From Albugo candida (lineage: Eukaryota), in contig JBDOQK010000049.1 in NCBI GenBank assembly GCA_040437565.1, positions 124,001 to 188,000 on the forward strand: 64,000 nucleotides of DNA, in the 5' to 3' direction. Positions 1 through 10,024 of this stretch are shown here, in pieces. Made by a program: the position numbers and the translations under genes. The notes below the pieces were generated by a model. It was given only the letters and a program-made list of their open reading frames with translations. It was not told where the DNA came from and made no database searches. Each line of letters begins with the position of its first letter. Positions within the stretch are counted from its first letter, which is position 1.

Positions 1-438
1 AACAGAGCTTTGTGCTGAATTCGCTTTGTCGATCGCCATTGAGATGTAATTTGACAAAAGAAGCACACTAAATACCTCGATCAAGCGATTATTGTGCCAC
101 TATTGGCGGTGATTTTGTACCCCAGCATTAGGAAATTAATTTATAAATAAATGCCCACTCCGACCGCAACTGGACTCTGATGTCATCTTTGCTTAACGCG
201 TATCGCTAATTTTATTCCTCGCTCGTATCTGAAAACTTCATTTCTCTTCAAATCGATAAAATTTGATCATCAATCACGCTCAATGCTTCTTCCTCTATGC
301 GAATGATCCAAGATTTAGTAGCCGCTGATTCCTTGAGATAATTATAGAAAGCATGTCGAGTCCTTGCTCCCGCCGCCTCGTCCAACCCGTTGCTACAAAA
401 GACCTCAAAGGGGCTTTTGCATCCAACTCGGCACACAT

Positions 439-2940
439 ATGCGAGGATTCTTGAACAATTTGCTTCCTCTTCTGCTTGCATCTCCACTAATTCCACATGC
501 TAATCCTGCTCCATTTGAGTTTTCACTGCGAAAACCTTCACAATGCTCTTCCAGGGACCCCATACAACTCAACCTTTTATCCAATTTTCGCCAATTATCG
601 GATCAAAACGCGACAAATGCAAGTGCTCCTGTGTCCGAAGCCGCTAAAATTGGCGCTGGGGTACGTCAGAAATTAAGTAAAATTCGAGGTATTTCGGAGA
701 AATTTTACCAAAAATTGATCGATGCCGTCAAAATATATTTATGCGATAAAAACGTCAAAGATGGCGCGCCCGACGCTCCCAATGTTCGTTTCGTGCCTCC
801 AAATAGCGCGAAAGCATATAAGAACAGCAATGGAGATTGCATTCGACTCAATGTGACGTTATCTACCGATGATACGGTTCGTCAAGAATATGCCGCAGGG
901 AATTGTGAGGTGAACCCGAATTGTTACTGGGCGACGATCAACACGACCACCGATTTAGATCGTGTGCCCATTTACTCACTCACAGAGAGCGTTTCTCCGC
1001 CCGAAGGCTCCATGACGTATTCGGATGCAAATAAGCATTTAAAAAAATGGATTCAGGGATTGGCAATCGTCATCCTTCCAGGCGTTATCCTGTCGGTTTT
1101 GAGCTTGATCACGTTCATTCTTTTTGTGATGTGTCGGTACTGCTGTAATCGCTGCGGTGGACGGCAAGGTCGCGTGGGTGGCTATCGCTGTGCAGAGAAG
1201 TTGTACCCGATACTTTTCTTCATACTATTCGCAGGTGGAGTGATTGGTGTGGCGATTGCCGCGTTATCGTATCAAAAAGCAATGTCCAAAGCGGTTGGTG
1301 ACACCTTGGACGATACATCGACGACTATGGTGCAGATGACTGAATGGTCTGGAAGAATTCAGTCCCCGTTGATAAAAATCCGCAATACGGTAGTCACATC
1401 GGCAAACGACATTTCTACCGCGTTGGCTGGTACTGATTTCATCGAGCAAGGCACTAATGGACTCACCAGTGGTCTAGAAACGTTTTCTAGTAACTCTGCC
1501 AACCGTACGCTTCCGACCGGATGCGTTAATGCAACCGATTTGATATGTCTTCCGTGCGAAATTTGTACTGTCATCAGTGTTAGAATGAGTAACGCGGCTC
1601 ATCAGATTCAGTCAAATGCGGGGAGTGGAGTCGCACAGCTCAAACAAGTTCGTGGTCAACTCCAAAGCAAACTCGTCACAATCGCCGATAAGGTCAAAGT
1701 TCAGGTCGATGAACAAGTAACCACTCTGACCAGACTCACCGAAACGATCCAGAGCACAAATAAAAACGTGGATGATATTCGTGAAGAGTATTCGAAACAG
1801 AAAGCCATTCAGCAAGCCGGCGTTCTCGCACTCTTTGCGCTATCACTTGTCGTGATTGCGTTAGGTCTTATCGGTATTCTTTTCGGAATCACGCCGTTCC
1901 GCGTGCTTGTGAATCTCATTCACATCGCGTGGATCATTGGATTTGTCGCACTCATTCTCACGTTCCTTTTAACGTCCGTGTTCCTTACCATCAGTGCTGT
2001 CCTCACAGACGTGTGCCAAGTCACCCTTTTGCTCGGCAACGACTGGACCGTTGCAATGGGTGATCTCGGTAAGGCTCCGAACGCGTGTTTTCGGAATACA
2101 TCGCTTTTGGATGCATTTAATCTCTCTTCCGCCCTATCATTTGCAACCGGAGGCGTTAATTTCCCACAAGGGCTCGACGTAGCGTCCATGTTGGATTTTT
2201 CGCAATTGGACTCGGCTGATCGAGAAATTCGAAACACTACTGCCGATACTTTTCCATTTTCAGCGCCTTTGAATGGATCCATCGCGTTTCTCAACTCATA
2301 CACAAACCAGGCGAGCTCTGGAAGCTCGTGCGTGCTCCACGATACATTCACACGTCCCAACATTCTAACACCGTGGGTGGATGTCAATATGCCCCAAGGA
2401 GCCAGTCCCAACGGATCCGAGTTTCTCAAGTCGCGATACGCCTCACAGGACGCAAATTGCGGTCAATCTAGCTCTGCAAAGGCATTTGCGTGTACTCAGC
2501 ATTCCTCTTCATGTGATTTTTCGACATGGATCCAAGAGATTTACGCGAACACGAGCGCGCTGAAGCGAGTTGAAATGGACGCCAATGCGTTTGTGGACGA
2601 ATTACATGCAAATATGACGTCTTTGATGACATTTGTCGGCGATTTCAAGACTCAAATACGCGCGCTGGATGCGTCAATCGCATCGATTCGAGTCGGTTTG
2701 GAGAGCAATTTGCTTCAGTTTGTCACGGAGTTCAAAAATGCAATGTATTGTTCCTTCGTCGCGGAACGATACAACGACATTTACGGCGATTTATGCGGCG
2801 ATCTCGTGCCAGCACTCACAATGATATCACTGATGCTTTTCCTCGCTGGAATCTTTACGATTCCCGTGGAAATTTGCCTCATAATAGCACTCAAACGACT
2901 GAAAACTCGCGGAAACACGAGAGGAATGAAATTTAAATAA
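439..2940 (+). CDS. Prominin/Tweety-like five-pass membrane glycoprotein
   Basis: First ATG at 439 begins a signal-peptide-like segment (MRGFLNNLLPLLLASPLIPHA). There are five hydrophobic helices and two large Cys/N-glycosylation-rich loops. The motif MCRYCCNRCGG directly after TM1 resembles the prominin CRCCNKCGG juxtamembrane motif. Confidence 0.8.
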   Translation: MRGFLNNLLPLLLASPLIPHANPAPFEFSLRKPSQCSSRDPIQLNLLSNFRQLSDQNATNASAPVSEAAKIGAGVRQKLSKIRGISEKFYQKLIDAVKIYLCDKNVKDGAPDAPNVRFVPPNSAKAYKNSNGDCIRLNVTLSTDDTVRQEYAAGNCEVNPNCYWATINTTTDLDRVPIYSLTESVSPPEGSMTYSDANKHLKKWIQGLAIVILPGVILSVLSLITFILFVMCRYCCNRCGGRQGRVGGYRCAEKLYPILFFILFAGGVIGVAIAALSYQKAMSKAVGDTLDDTSTTMVQMTEWSGRIQSPLIKIRNTVVTSANDISTALAGTDFIEQGTNGLTSGLETFSSNSANRTLPTGCVNATDLICLPCEICTVISVRMSNAAHQIQSNAGSGVAQLKQVRGQLQSKLVTIADKVKVQVDEQVTTLTRLTETIQSTNKNVDDIREEYSKQKAIQQAGVLALFALSLVVIALGLIGILFGITPFRVLVNLIHIAWIIGFVALILTFLLTSVFLTISAVLTDVCQVTLLLGNDWTVAMGDLGKAPNACFRNTSLLDAFNLSSALSFATGGVNFPQGLDVASMLDFSQLDSADREIRNTTADTFPFSAPLNGSIAFLNSYTNQASSGSSCVLHDTFTRPNILTPWVDVNMPQGASPNGSEFLKSRYASQDANCGQSSSAKAFACTQHSSSCDFSTWIQEIYANTSALKRVEMDANAFVDELHANMTSLMTFVGDFKTQIRALDASIASIRVGLESNLLQFVTEFKNAMYCSFVAERYNDIYGDLCGDLVPALTMISLMLFLAGIFTIPVEICLIIALKRLKTRGNTRGMKFK

Positions 2941-2963
2941 TTCAAAATTTCCAGCGAATTTCG

Positions 2964-4856
2964 TTACTGTTTGATTTGAATGTTTTCGTGAAGCCTCCAC
3001 GGCTGCCACGAGGTCGTTGACAGTGACTGAACGCATTGGTTCCCGTCCTGACGCTGTAGTGAAGCATACCGTTCCAAATTTCTTCTGAAAATCGCGTCAA
3101 TAGCTTCATCAGACAAGCTGACTTCGCTGGAGTGCGCGTCTAAAGACTTGACGTAAGACGGTGTCTTGATGCTTTCTGTTGCTTTCCAGTCTCTCTGATC
3201 GTCCTTTACGCGTTGTTCGTACCGGTGAGTCTCATTTTGAACGCCCAGGAGACTGGGGTCATGCATAAAGAAGTCGAGGCTGTCTTTGGTCGGTGGTACA
3301 TTTTCAACTATTCTTTCCTGCTGCTTGGAACTAACATAGAAATTTGTAGCATGTAACTTCGTTGCCAATTTGTCTATAGAATCTTCCGGTAGAGCGATCT
3401 GAGGCGATAAAATTATATTCTCGTTGAAGATGAGCTCACTTTCACACACAAGTGGCCGCGAAGTCTTTATTTCTTTGACTGGATTGCGAGTTGCAATTGG
3501 GTTTTCTGGGATTTTCTTAAGCTCCTGGAAGAGGTTTTTCACGCACTCCAATTGCGATTTCTCCCTTTCCGCTAATTCTCTTCGGATTTCTTCACAGAAT
3601 TTCTCAATCGCACAATTTGGATCGGTGATTTTTAAATCAGGAACTCGGGTTTCTTGCTTACATTTAATCTCCTCAACGAGTTGGCGTTGTCTTTGCAACT
3701 CAACGCATATATTTTCGTACTTTTGTTGGGTATCGGCCACAAATTCGTCTGCCATCGATTTCTTCCTCGACTGTGGAGGAGCAAATGTTGGCTCATAAGA
3801 ACGCTCGACAAAAGTATTATGGATGCTACTTGGAGCAAAAGTCGGCTCAAGAAAATGCTCGACCGGAGCTTGATGTCGGACAATCGGGGCAAAAGTGGGC
3901 TCATAAGATCGCTCGACCGCAGCTTGATGCTTGACGATCGGAGCGCAAGGCGGATTATCATTTTTTGTGGCTTGTGAGACCAGAGCTTCTCTCTTTGAGA
4001 TTTTCTCGCGTCGTTCTTTTTCTTCATTTTCTAGCTTCAAGCGCTGCTGGAGTTGAATATTTTCCCATTCTCTCCGTTCTTCTTGCTCTCTCATACGTTT
4101 TTCTTCTTCTTTTCGCTGATTTTTCTCATCAATTTGCTTCCGTAAAGCATTATTCATATCCTGCTGCTGCTGTTTCTTTCGCATCACTTCCTCGCCCATA
4201 GACCCGCGGAGATCTGTCCGAACGCGTCGGCCACTAGGCTGTGTGTTTATCGGTTGAGCTTGCCATTGATGAATGGGCGCGAGTGCTTGCTGAGATTGTA
4301 CCCTTTCCATCTGAGAATACGTTTCTGGCCAGTTATTGTCTCGTTCGGAAGTAGTTGATATGTCCTCTGGAAAGCCGTTTTGAAAGCTTTCGTGATACCC
4401 GTTTTCGATGGTAAATGTCGGCTGGGGTGCTATCATTTGTTCGGTGTACCGCATATCATAAGGTATATCTCTCCTCGAGTCAGAATGGTTCAATTGTGGC
4501 GTCACATAATCTGAACGTTGGGGATGGAAGCCCCTCGAATCGTGCGCTAAATATGGCGCTTGTTGCTGCAAAGTTTGCTCCGGTACTCTGTGCTGACCTC
4601 GAGCAAAATTACTATGATTATCGTAATCGTTATGTCCCAAATTGTCAAACAAACCTCGGCCTTGTCTCTTATCGAGATCATCGTCCGATGGAGCTGCGAT
4701 TGACGGAGACGGCAGCGGCCAAGCTCCATGCTTTTCAAATTCCTTTTCTCGTTGTTTGCGTACATTTTGCTCTTGTACTTGCTGAGCAAGTGCTTGGGAG
4801 TATTCGCGTTGACGACGAAGCCTCTGTTCCTTCTCAAAAGCATCATCGGCAAACAT
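2964..4856 (-). CDS. Coiled-coil protein with CCDC66/CSPP1-like charged segments
   Basis: 630-aa ATG-started ORF. Segments RQREYSQALAQQVQEQ and KQQQQDMNNALRKQIDEKNQRKEEEKRMREQEE resemble CCDC66-type repeats. The family call is by eye. Confidence 0.6.
   Translation of the reverse strand: MFADDAFEKEQRLRRQREYSQALAQQVQEQNVRKQREKEFEKHGAWPLPSPSIAAPSDDDLDKRQGRGLFDNLGHNDYDNHSNFARGQHRVPEQTLQQQAPYLAHDSRGFHPQRSDYVTPQLNHSDSRRDIPYDMRYTEQMIAPQPTFTIENGYHESFQNGFPEDISTTSERDNNWPETYSQMERVQSQQALAPIHQWQAQPINTQPSGRRVRTDLRGSMGEEVMRKKQQQQDMNNALRKQIDEKNQRKEEEKRMREQEERREWENIQLQQRLKLENEEKERREKISKREALVSQATKNDNPPCAPIVKHQAAVERSYEPTFAPIVRHQAPVEHFLEPTFAPSSIHNTFVERSYEPTFAPPQSRKKSMADEFVADTQQKYENICVELQRQRQLVEEIKCKQETRVPDLKITDPNCAIEKFCEEIRRELAEREKSQLECVKNLFQELKKIPENPIATRNPVKEIKTSRPLVCESELIFNENIILSPQIALPEDSIDKLATKLHATNFYVSSKQQERIVENVPPTKDSLDFFMHDPSLLGVQNETHRYEQRVKDDQRDWKATESIKTPSYVKSLDAHSSEVSLSDEAIDAIFRRNLERYASLQRQDGNQCVQSLSTTSWQPWRLHENIQIKQ
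3778..3945 (-). repeat. Coding tandem repeat, 3 x 54 nt (18 aa)
   Basis: APIVKHQAAVERSYEPTF / APIVRHQAPVEHFLEPTF / APSSIHNTFVERSYEPTF. Confidence 0.85.
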
Positions 4857-5245
4857 TGAGAGAACAAAGCCTGGAAACGAGCGCGGATTGGAGAGGTGAA
4901 ATGGCAGCTATTTTTAATTTATTGTGATGGAAACTTGAAAGTTGTTTTCGTGTCTCTTGGACGCACGTAGAGCAGTATGTTGCAGTGACATTGCAATCGC
5001 AACAAAATGGGCTTTTGCGCTGCACCAATTTCTCGTAAAATTAATTGCAATTAAATTGATTGCCTGTTCCCTATAATATCCCTTTATAACTAATGCCCTG
5101 TAATACATAATAATGATTCGTGNNNNNNNNNNNNNNNNNNNNNNNNNNNNNNNNNNNNNNNNNNNNNNNNNNNNNNNNNNNNNNNNNNNNNNNNNNNNNN
5201 NNNNNNNNNNNNNNNNNNNNNNCTAATGTCCTGGGATACATAATA

Positions 5246-7039
5246 ATGATTCGTGATCCATGGCATGCGCATAGTTTCGTCGCGTGTAGCGAGGCAAAAT
5301 GCGTCAATTTTACGCAACAATTTTCTAATATTTATAAAAGCATAGTGCACTATCAAAAGTGTTTTATTTGTAGCGGTGAAGTGTCTATAAAAAGCATTGG
5401 TAAACGTCCTTATTCCATCCCAAATAAGCCTGCAAATCATGCACATTGGCGTGATTTCAGCCTCATGTCCAACGACGCGCTCTGCCAATGTCTCCTGTGC
5501 GGCATTCATGTTCACCGTCGATGCCTCTCTCACGTCCACGCGCATCGGTTCTGCCGTCATATTCAAAATTCCGACATCGATCCTTATCTTCCGCACTGCG
5601 AAAATCGATATTCAGTTGCCAAAGGCTCAAAGCCAACAAAATCGCAAAAAATTGCAAAATTTTCAATCACTTTTCTGGTCGATTTACTGCTTAGAGACTC
5701 GAAATTGGCACTTGAAAGAGAAAAAGTGGATGCACAATGGAAAGATTCGAAAAGCTCTTTCGTTTCGTCTTATTTGAGGCGATATGCTCCAGTACTGATG
5801 GCTAGCGGGGTAGTTGGAGCTGTTGCATTGGGTCCTGCTGCTGGTTTGATCGCTGCTTTATCTACTGTGGCGCCATCGGCTGCCTTTGGAATGGAAGCCC
5901 TTGTTGCTGGAGTTGGTATATCGGCCGCATTTGTCTCGATTCAAAATCGACCGAATGCATCCGATGACACAAATTGGGCGATGGAAATCTGCCGCGAATG
6001 TCAATTAATCCCTCCGAGTGTCAAAAGCGATGCGTTTTTTAAAAGAGATGCTGAATTTCTGCATCGATTTGCTCCTGCTCAACTCAGGAATCCATCAAAG
6101 TCGGCTGCATTCCCATCGACTGACGAAGTGTATCGTTTTTTTTTCGATGTGTTTGCGTCAAGAGAGGAAGCTCTCAGTCATCTGAATGCGTTGTTTTGCC
6201 GTAAAGTGAAGGAACGGCATACGATTCGCACCGAAGAACTTTTAAAAAATGGACCTAATACATCGGAATCAAAAGAAACGAGAATTGCAGCCTGTCGAGA
6301 GACATTTGAGGATGTAAAGATGTATGTGGCTCATGTGTTGGGAGTCGCACTGCAAATGTTTCCTTCGTTCACGACGTCCGAAGTGTCGATTTTGATGTGC
6401 TCTGAAGCGGTTGAACGTGTGATTTTCGATGGTTTAGCTTCGATTGTGAGGAATAGAGTGTATCAGGCATTCCAAGAGGAGGATCGGTCCTTCAGGAGCT
6501 GTGTTGTTGAGCTACAACGGCAGCATTTTGAAGAGTGCGAAATGAAATCACAAGTCGAATGGGAACGGAGAGATTTATGGGATGAGAATTTAAGCCTCGC
6601 AGAAAATCTACTTGAACGAATGATTCACAAAACACATTCTCCACTCTCAAAACTGAAGCTGTTATGTGAGTCCTTCCGACAGATTGCATCGTTTGCCGAT
6701 ACTTTTTATGGAAATGCATCTTCGGCCGACATTTTGATCCCAATTTTATGTCTTGTGGTCATATTATCGACCCGAATTCCATTAAAACACTTTGTATCAG
6801 AGATGGTGCTGATCTCATACTTTATGGAAGGTGGAGGCAAAGGTGCGGAAGGGTACGTGCTCACGACATTTGAGGCTATGATTCAGATCATCGTGACAAT
6901 TGATCGCTCTATTCTGCACGATGCAGCTCTTCGAGACGTACGATTGGTACTGGAAAGAGGTCGTAATCACATGGAAGGCAGTCAACGGTCCAAAGATGGC
7001 GAGGAAACGGAAGAATTTTACGACGCGCAAAGTGTTTGA
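5246..7039 (+). CDS. VPS9-domain (Rab5-type GEF) protein with N-terminal C1-like zinc finger
   Basis: ATG at 5246 just after the gap. N-terminus has an H..CFIC..CLLC..HVHRRC C1-like pattern. C-terminus SPLSKLKLL..SADILIPIL..GAEGYVLTTFEA fits VPS9. Confidence 0.8.
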   Translation: MIRDPWHAHSFVACSEAKCVNFTQQFSNIYKSIVHYQKCFICSGEVSIKSIGKRPYSIPNKPANHAHWRDFSLMSNDALCQCLLCGIHVHRRCLSHVHAHRFCRHIQNSDIDPYLPHCENRYSVAKGSKPTKSQKIAKFSITFLVDLLLRDSKLALEREKVDAQWKDSKSSFVSSYLRRYAPVLMASGVVGAVALGPAAGLIAALSTVAPSAAFGMEALVAGVGISAAFVSIQNRPNASDDTNWAMEICRECQLIPPSVKSDAFFKRDAEFLHRFAPAQLRNPSKSAAFPSTDEVYRFFFDVFASREEALSHLNALFCRKVKERHTIRTEELLKNGPNTSESKETRIAACRETFEDVKMYVAHVLGVALQMFPSFTTSEVSILMCSEAVERVIFDGLASIVRNRVYQAFQEEDRSFRSCVVELQRQHFEECEMKSQVEWERRDLWDENLSLAENLLERMIHKTHSPLSKLKLLCESFRQIASFADTFYGNASSADILIPILCLVVILSTRIPLKHFVSEMVLISYFMEGGGKGAEGYVLTTFEAMIQIIVTIDRSILHDAALRDVRLVLERGRNHMEGSQRSKDGEETEEFYDAQSV

Positions 7040-7439
7040 TAATTCGATCAGAAATTATGGTTCAAACTAATCCGTGCTTTTGCAATGCGAAGCGATGTGG
7101 TGCATGATTCTGTACCAGTCAAGCATCGTCAGTTTATACAAGCCGTGTACCAGTATCCCAAGCATACTTCCTTCACATCCAGCCGCCGCAGAAGCAAAGA
7201 CTCGATTAATATCGGTTGAAAATGATAGAGGAATCGATTCTGGTTTTATTCCTGCCGGAATCAGCGTGTTTATCGGAATGCACTTACACAAATGCATACT
7301 ATTATTCGCATATCATTCTTCCTGCTCGCCTGTTTTGTAGACAGATAATGTTCTGCCGGTGACGAATAAAAAATGTGCTATAATCTCTGTGTCTGTTTCC
7401 ATCTTAGAGCGCGATCGTTGTGCACGTAATTGAATAGAA

Positions 7440-10024
7440 ATGATTTTATATTCTACATAGCATCTACACGCTGTACTTGCACATATAGCTGCAAATTATG
7501 TGCTTTTGCTCTATTTCGTTCATGCTTACTTGAATTCAAAAAATCTACGGAACGTATGGTAAGATCCTCGATATCAGGGCTTCAAGTACACAGGCTTGAA
7601 AGGCTTGATTGAGGGGTCTCAAGCTTTCTTGCTGGTACAAAATGTTGATTTGATCAATGGACGATCCAGGGCATTCTTCATGAAGCCTGTCGACCTACAA
7701 TGGTAAGCACAGCGTATTCGTCTTCGATTCTCACATGATCAGGAGCTTGTAGAATGGCGAATTGTGATGATTGGTTGTAGCTAGAAAAGAGAGTTGATGC
7801 GTATCGAGTCAAAAGGTATTGATGCGCCAGTATTGATCCAAGAACCATAATTCCATCAGACGTTATTGCCAAACACGCGGCTGAGATCAAGATTGCTGAT
7901 GCAGAAGTCTTGAGGACTGTTTCTCCAGGATCCAATGCCTCGTTGCTAAGTAAAATTAGAGCTGGGAATCCAAGAAAAGCAGAATGTAATTCCCACAGCT
8001 ATAAGAGACTATTTTGACGCGTATGCCGGATGTATTGCACACACGGATCGACGAAAATGCTACATGATTACATAGCGGTTGTTACCGAAAGTGAGGCATG
8101 GAAATACCTGGTTCCGAGAGCTAGATGATGGCTAACGACGCGCGTTTGAAGACGCAGTCATTAATCCTATTCTCTACTGCTGAGATCATACTTAGGAAAT
8201 TGCTTTCTGGGGCTTAGAGAGAATTTATGATGCTACTCTCATCTAAATACTACCGAAACCATTGCGGGAAGCGTATCCGGAACTCAAATACCTTTGCTAT
8301 GATCTTTTTGCGCCTTCCAAACGCAAAACAAATTCCTTAACGAATTGGTTAAGGAGGCAATCTGCAGACTTCCTGAGCTGAAAAGCCCAGCTGCGTTCAG
8401 CACCTTTTCGTAATAGATTCGTTACAAATTAGGAGCAGGCAATTTCGGCACAGACCCTATTATACCTTCTGAAGCCACTTCCATGCCTCGATATCCAACT
8501 TGCGGCCTAGAAAATCCAGCTGGTTCTCGGAGTTATTCTTCGGGATGATGCCATGCATCATAGACTTTAAGCCAAAGCAGCCTCTTTTCTTCAAGAAAAT
8601 TGATGACCGAAATTCGCGATTCGCTGCCATTCTACCTTTGGTCATCCGAATGAAGCAGCAAGATGACCAAGCACAAGCTCCGGTAACGGCCACAAGAAAA
8701 CTGGAAAAGGCGAAGGTGCAACATATCACCGAAAAGCTACAATTACTGTCCGAAACGAAAACAAAGGAGTCAAAGATCGATGATCCAAAAAAGTGGATGT
8801 GGAACGATCCTCGGAACGCTATAGCTGAATTGTGTTGGGATTACACTTACAAGCAGCAGAATTTACCGTGCTCTTGACAAAGAAAAAGCGCTGCAGGCCG
8901 CAGTTGGGTGATTGAAACGCGACGAGAAATTAGANNNNNNNNNNNNNNNNNNNNNNNNNNNNNNNNNNNNNNNNNNNNNNNNNNNNNNNNNNNNNNNNNN
9001 NNNNNNNNNNNNNNNNNNNNNNNNNNNNNNNNNNCTTTTCGTAATAGATTCGTTACAAATTAGGAGCAGGCAATTTCGGCACAGACCCTATTATACCTTC
9101 TGAAGCCACTTCCATGCCTCGATATCCAACTTGCGGCCTAGAAAATCCAGCTGGTTCTCGGAGTTATTCTTCGGGATGATGCCATGCATCATAGACTTTA
9201 AGCCAAAGCAGCCTCTTTTCTTCAAGAAAATTGATGACCGAAATTCGCGATTCGCTGCCATTCTACCTTTGGTCATCCGAATGAAGCAGCAAGATGACCA
9301 AGCACAAGCTCCGGTAACGGCCACAAGAAAACTGGAAAAGGCGAAGGTGCAACATATCACCGAAAAGCTACAATTACTGTCCGAAACGAAAACAAAGGAG
9401 TCAAAGATCGATGATCCAAAAAAGTGGATGTGGAACGATCCTCGGAACGCTATAGCTGAATTGTGTTGGGATTACACTTACAAGCAGCAGAATTTACCGT
9501 GCTCTTGACAAAGAAAAAGCGCTGCAGGCCGCAGTTGGGTGATTGAAACGCGACGAGAAATTAGAGCGATCCTGGAACTTCATACTGCTCTGAGGTCACA
9601 TATCGCTTACTTCGAACCGACCGAAAAGCACTACTGGGTTTTCTTGATGAGATGTCTCAAAGTTACCAAACGCGTTTGCATGCACAAAAGGGCTAAGATT
9701 AGTGAGAAGGAATAAGGAAAGCGTCGAGAACTCCGTCGAGCCATAGTTTAGAAAAAAGGAAAAGTCAAAAAAAATATGGCGAATTTGTAGGTGTCGGCTG
9801 GTCTGAATTTTCTCCGGGTGAATGCAATAGAAGCGAGAAAGCACTTCGAAAAGCAGACTGATTTATTTTTGAGAAATAAATTGCATCCTAAACGCAAACC
9901 GTTAACGAGCTATCGGACGGCACGTTTTGACGGACTGAAAGTTGCTCTCTTGCAGAAACGTTTTTCGCGTATTGCCGGCGTCTGGAGCGAAGACTTTCAC
10001 GAGCTGCTGGCGTTTGACGTCTAG
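7440..10024 (+). pseudogene. Decayed protein-coding sequence of unknown family
   Basis: Track ORFs 8912-9103, 9131-9508 and 9791-10024 share one frame, with only four internal stops over 9131-10024. Protein-like segments continue upstream to about 7440. The 5' limit is uncertain, and 8404-8934 is duplicated across the gap. Confidence 0.45.

Noticed and set aside
364-438. Upstream non-ATG start of the 858-aa ORF, and the many short antisense ORFs in the track
   Set aside because: The ORF track allows TTG/GTG starts, which do not suit this eukaryote. The antisense ORFs are shadows of real genes.
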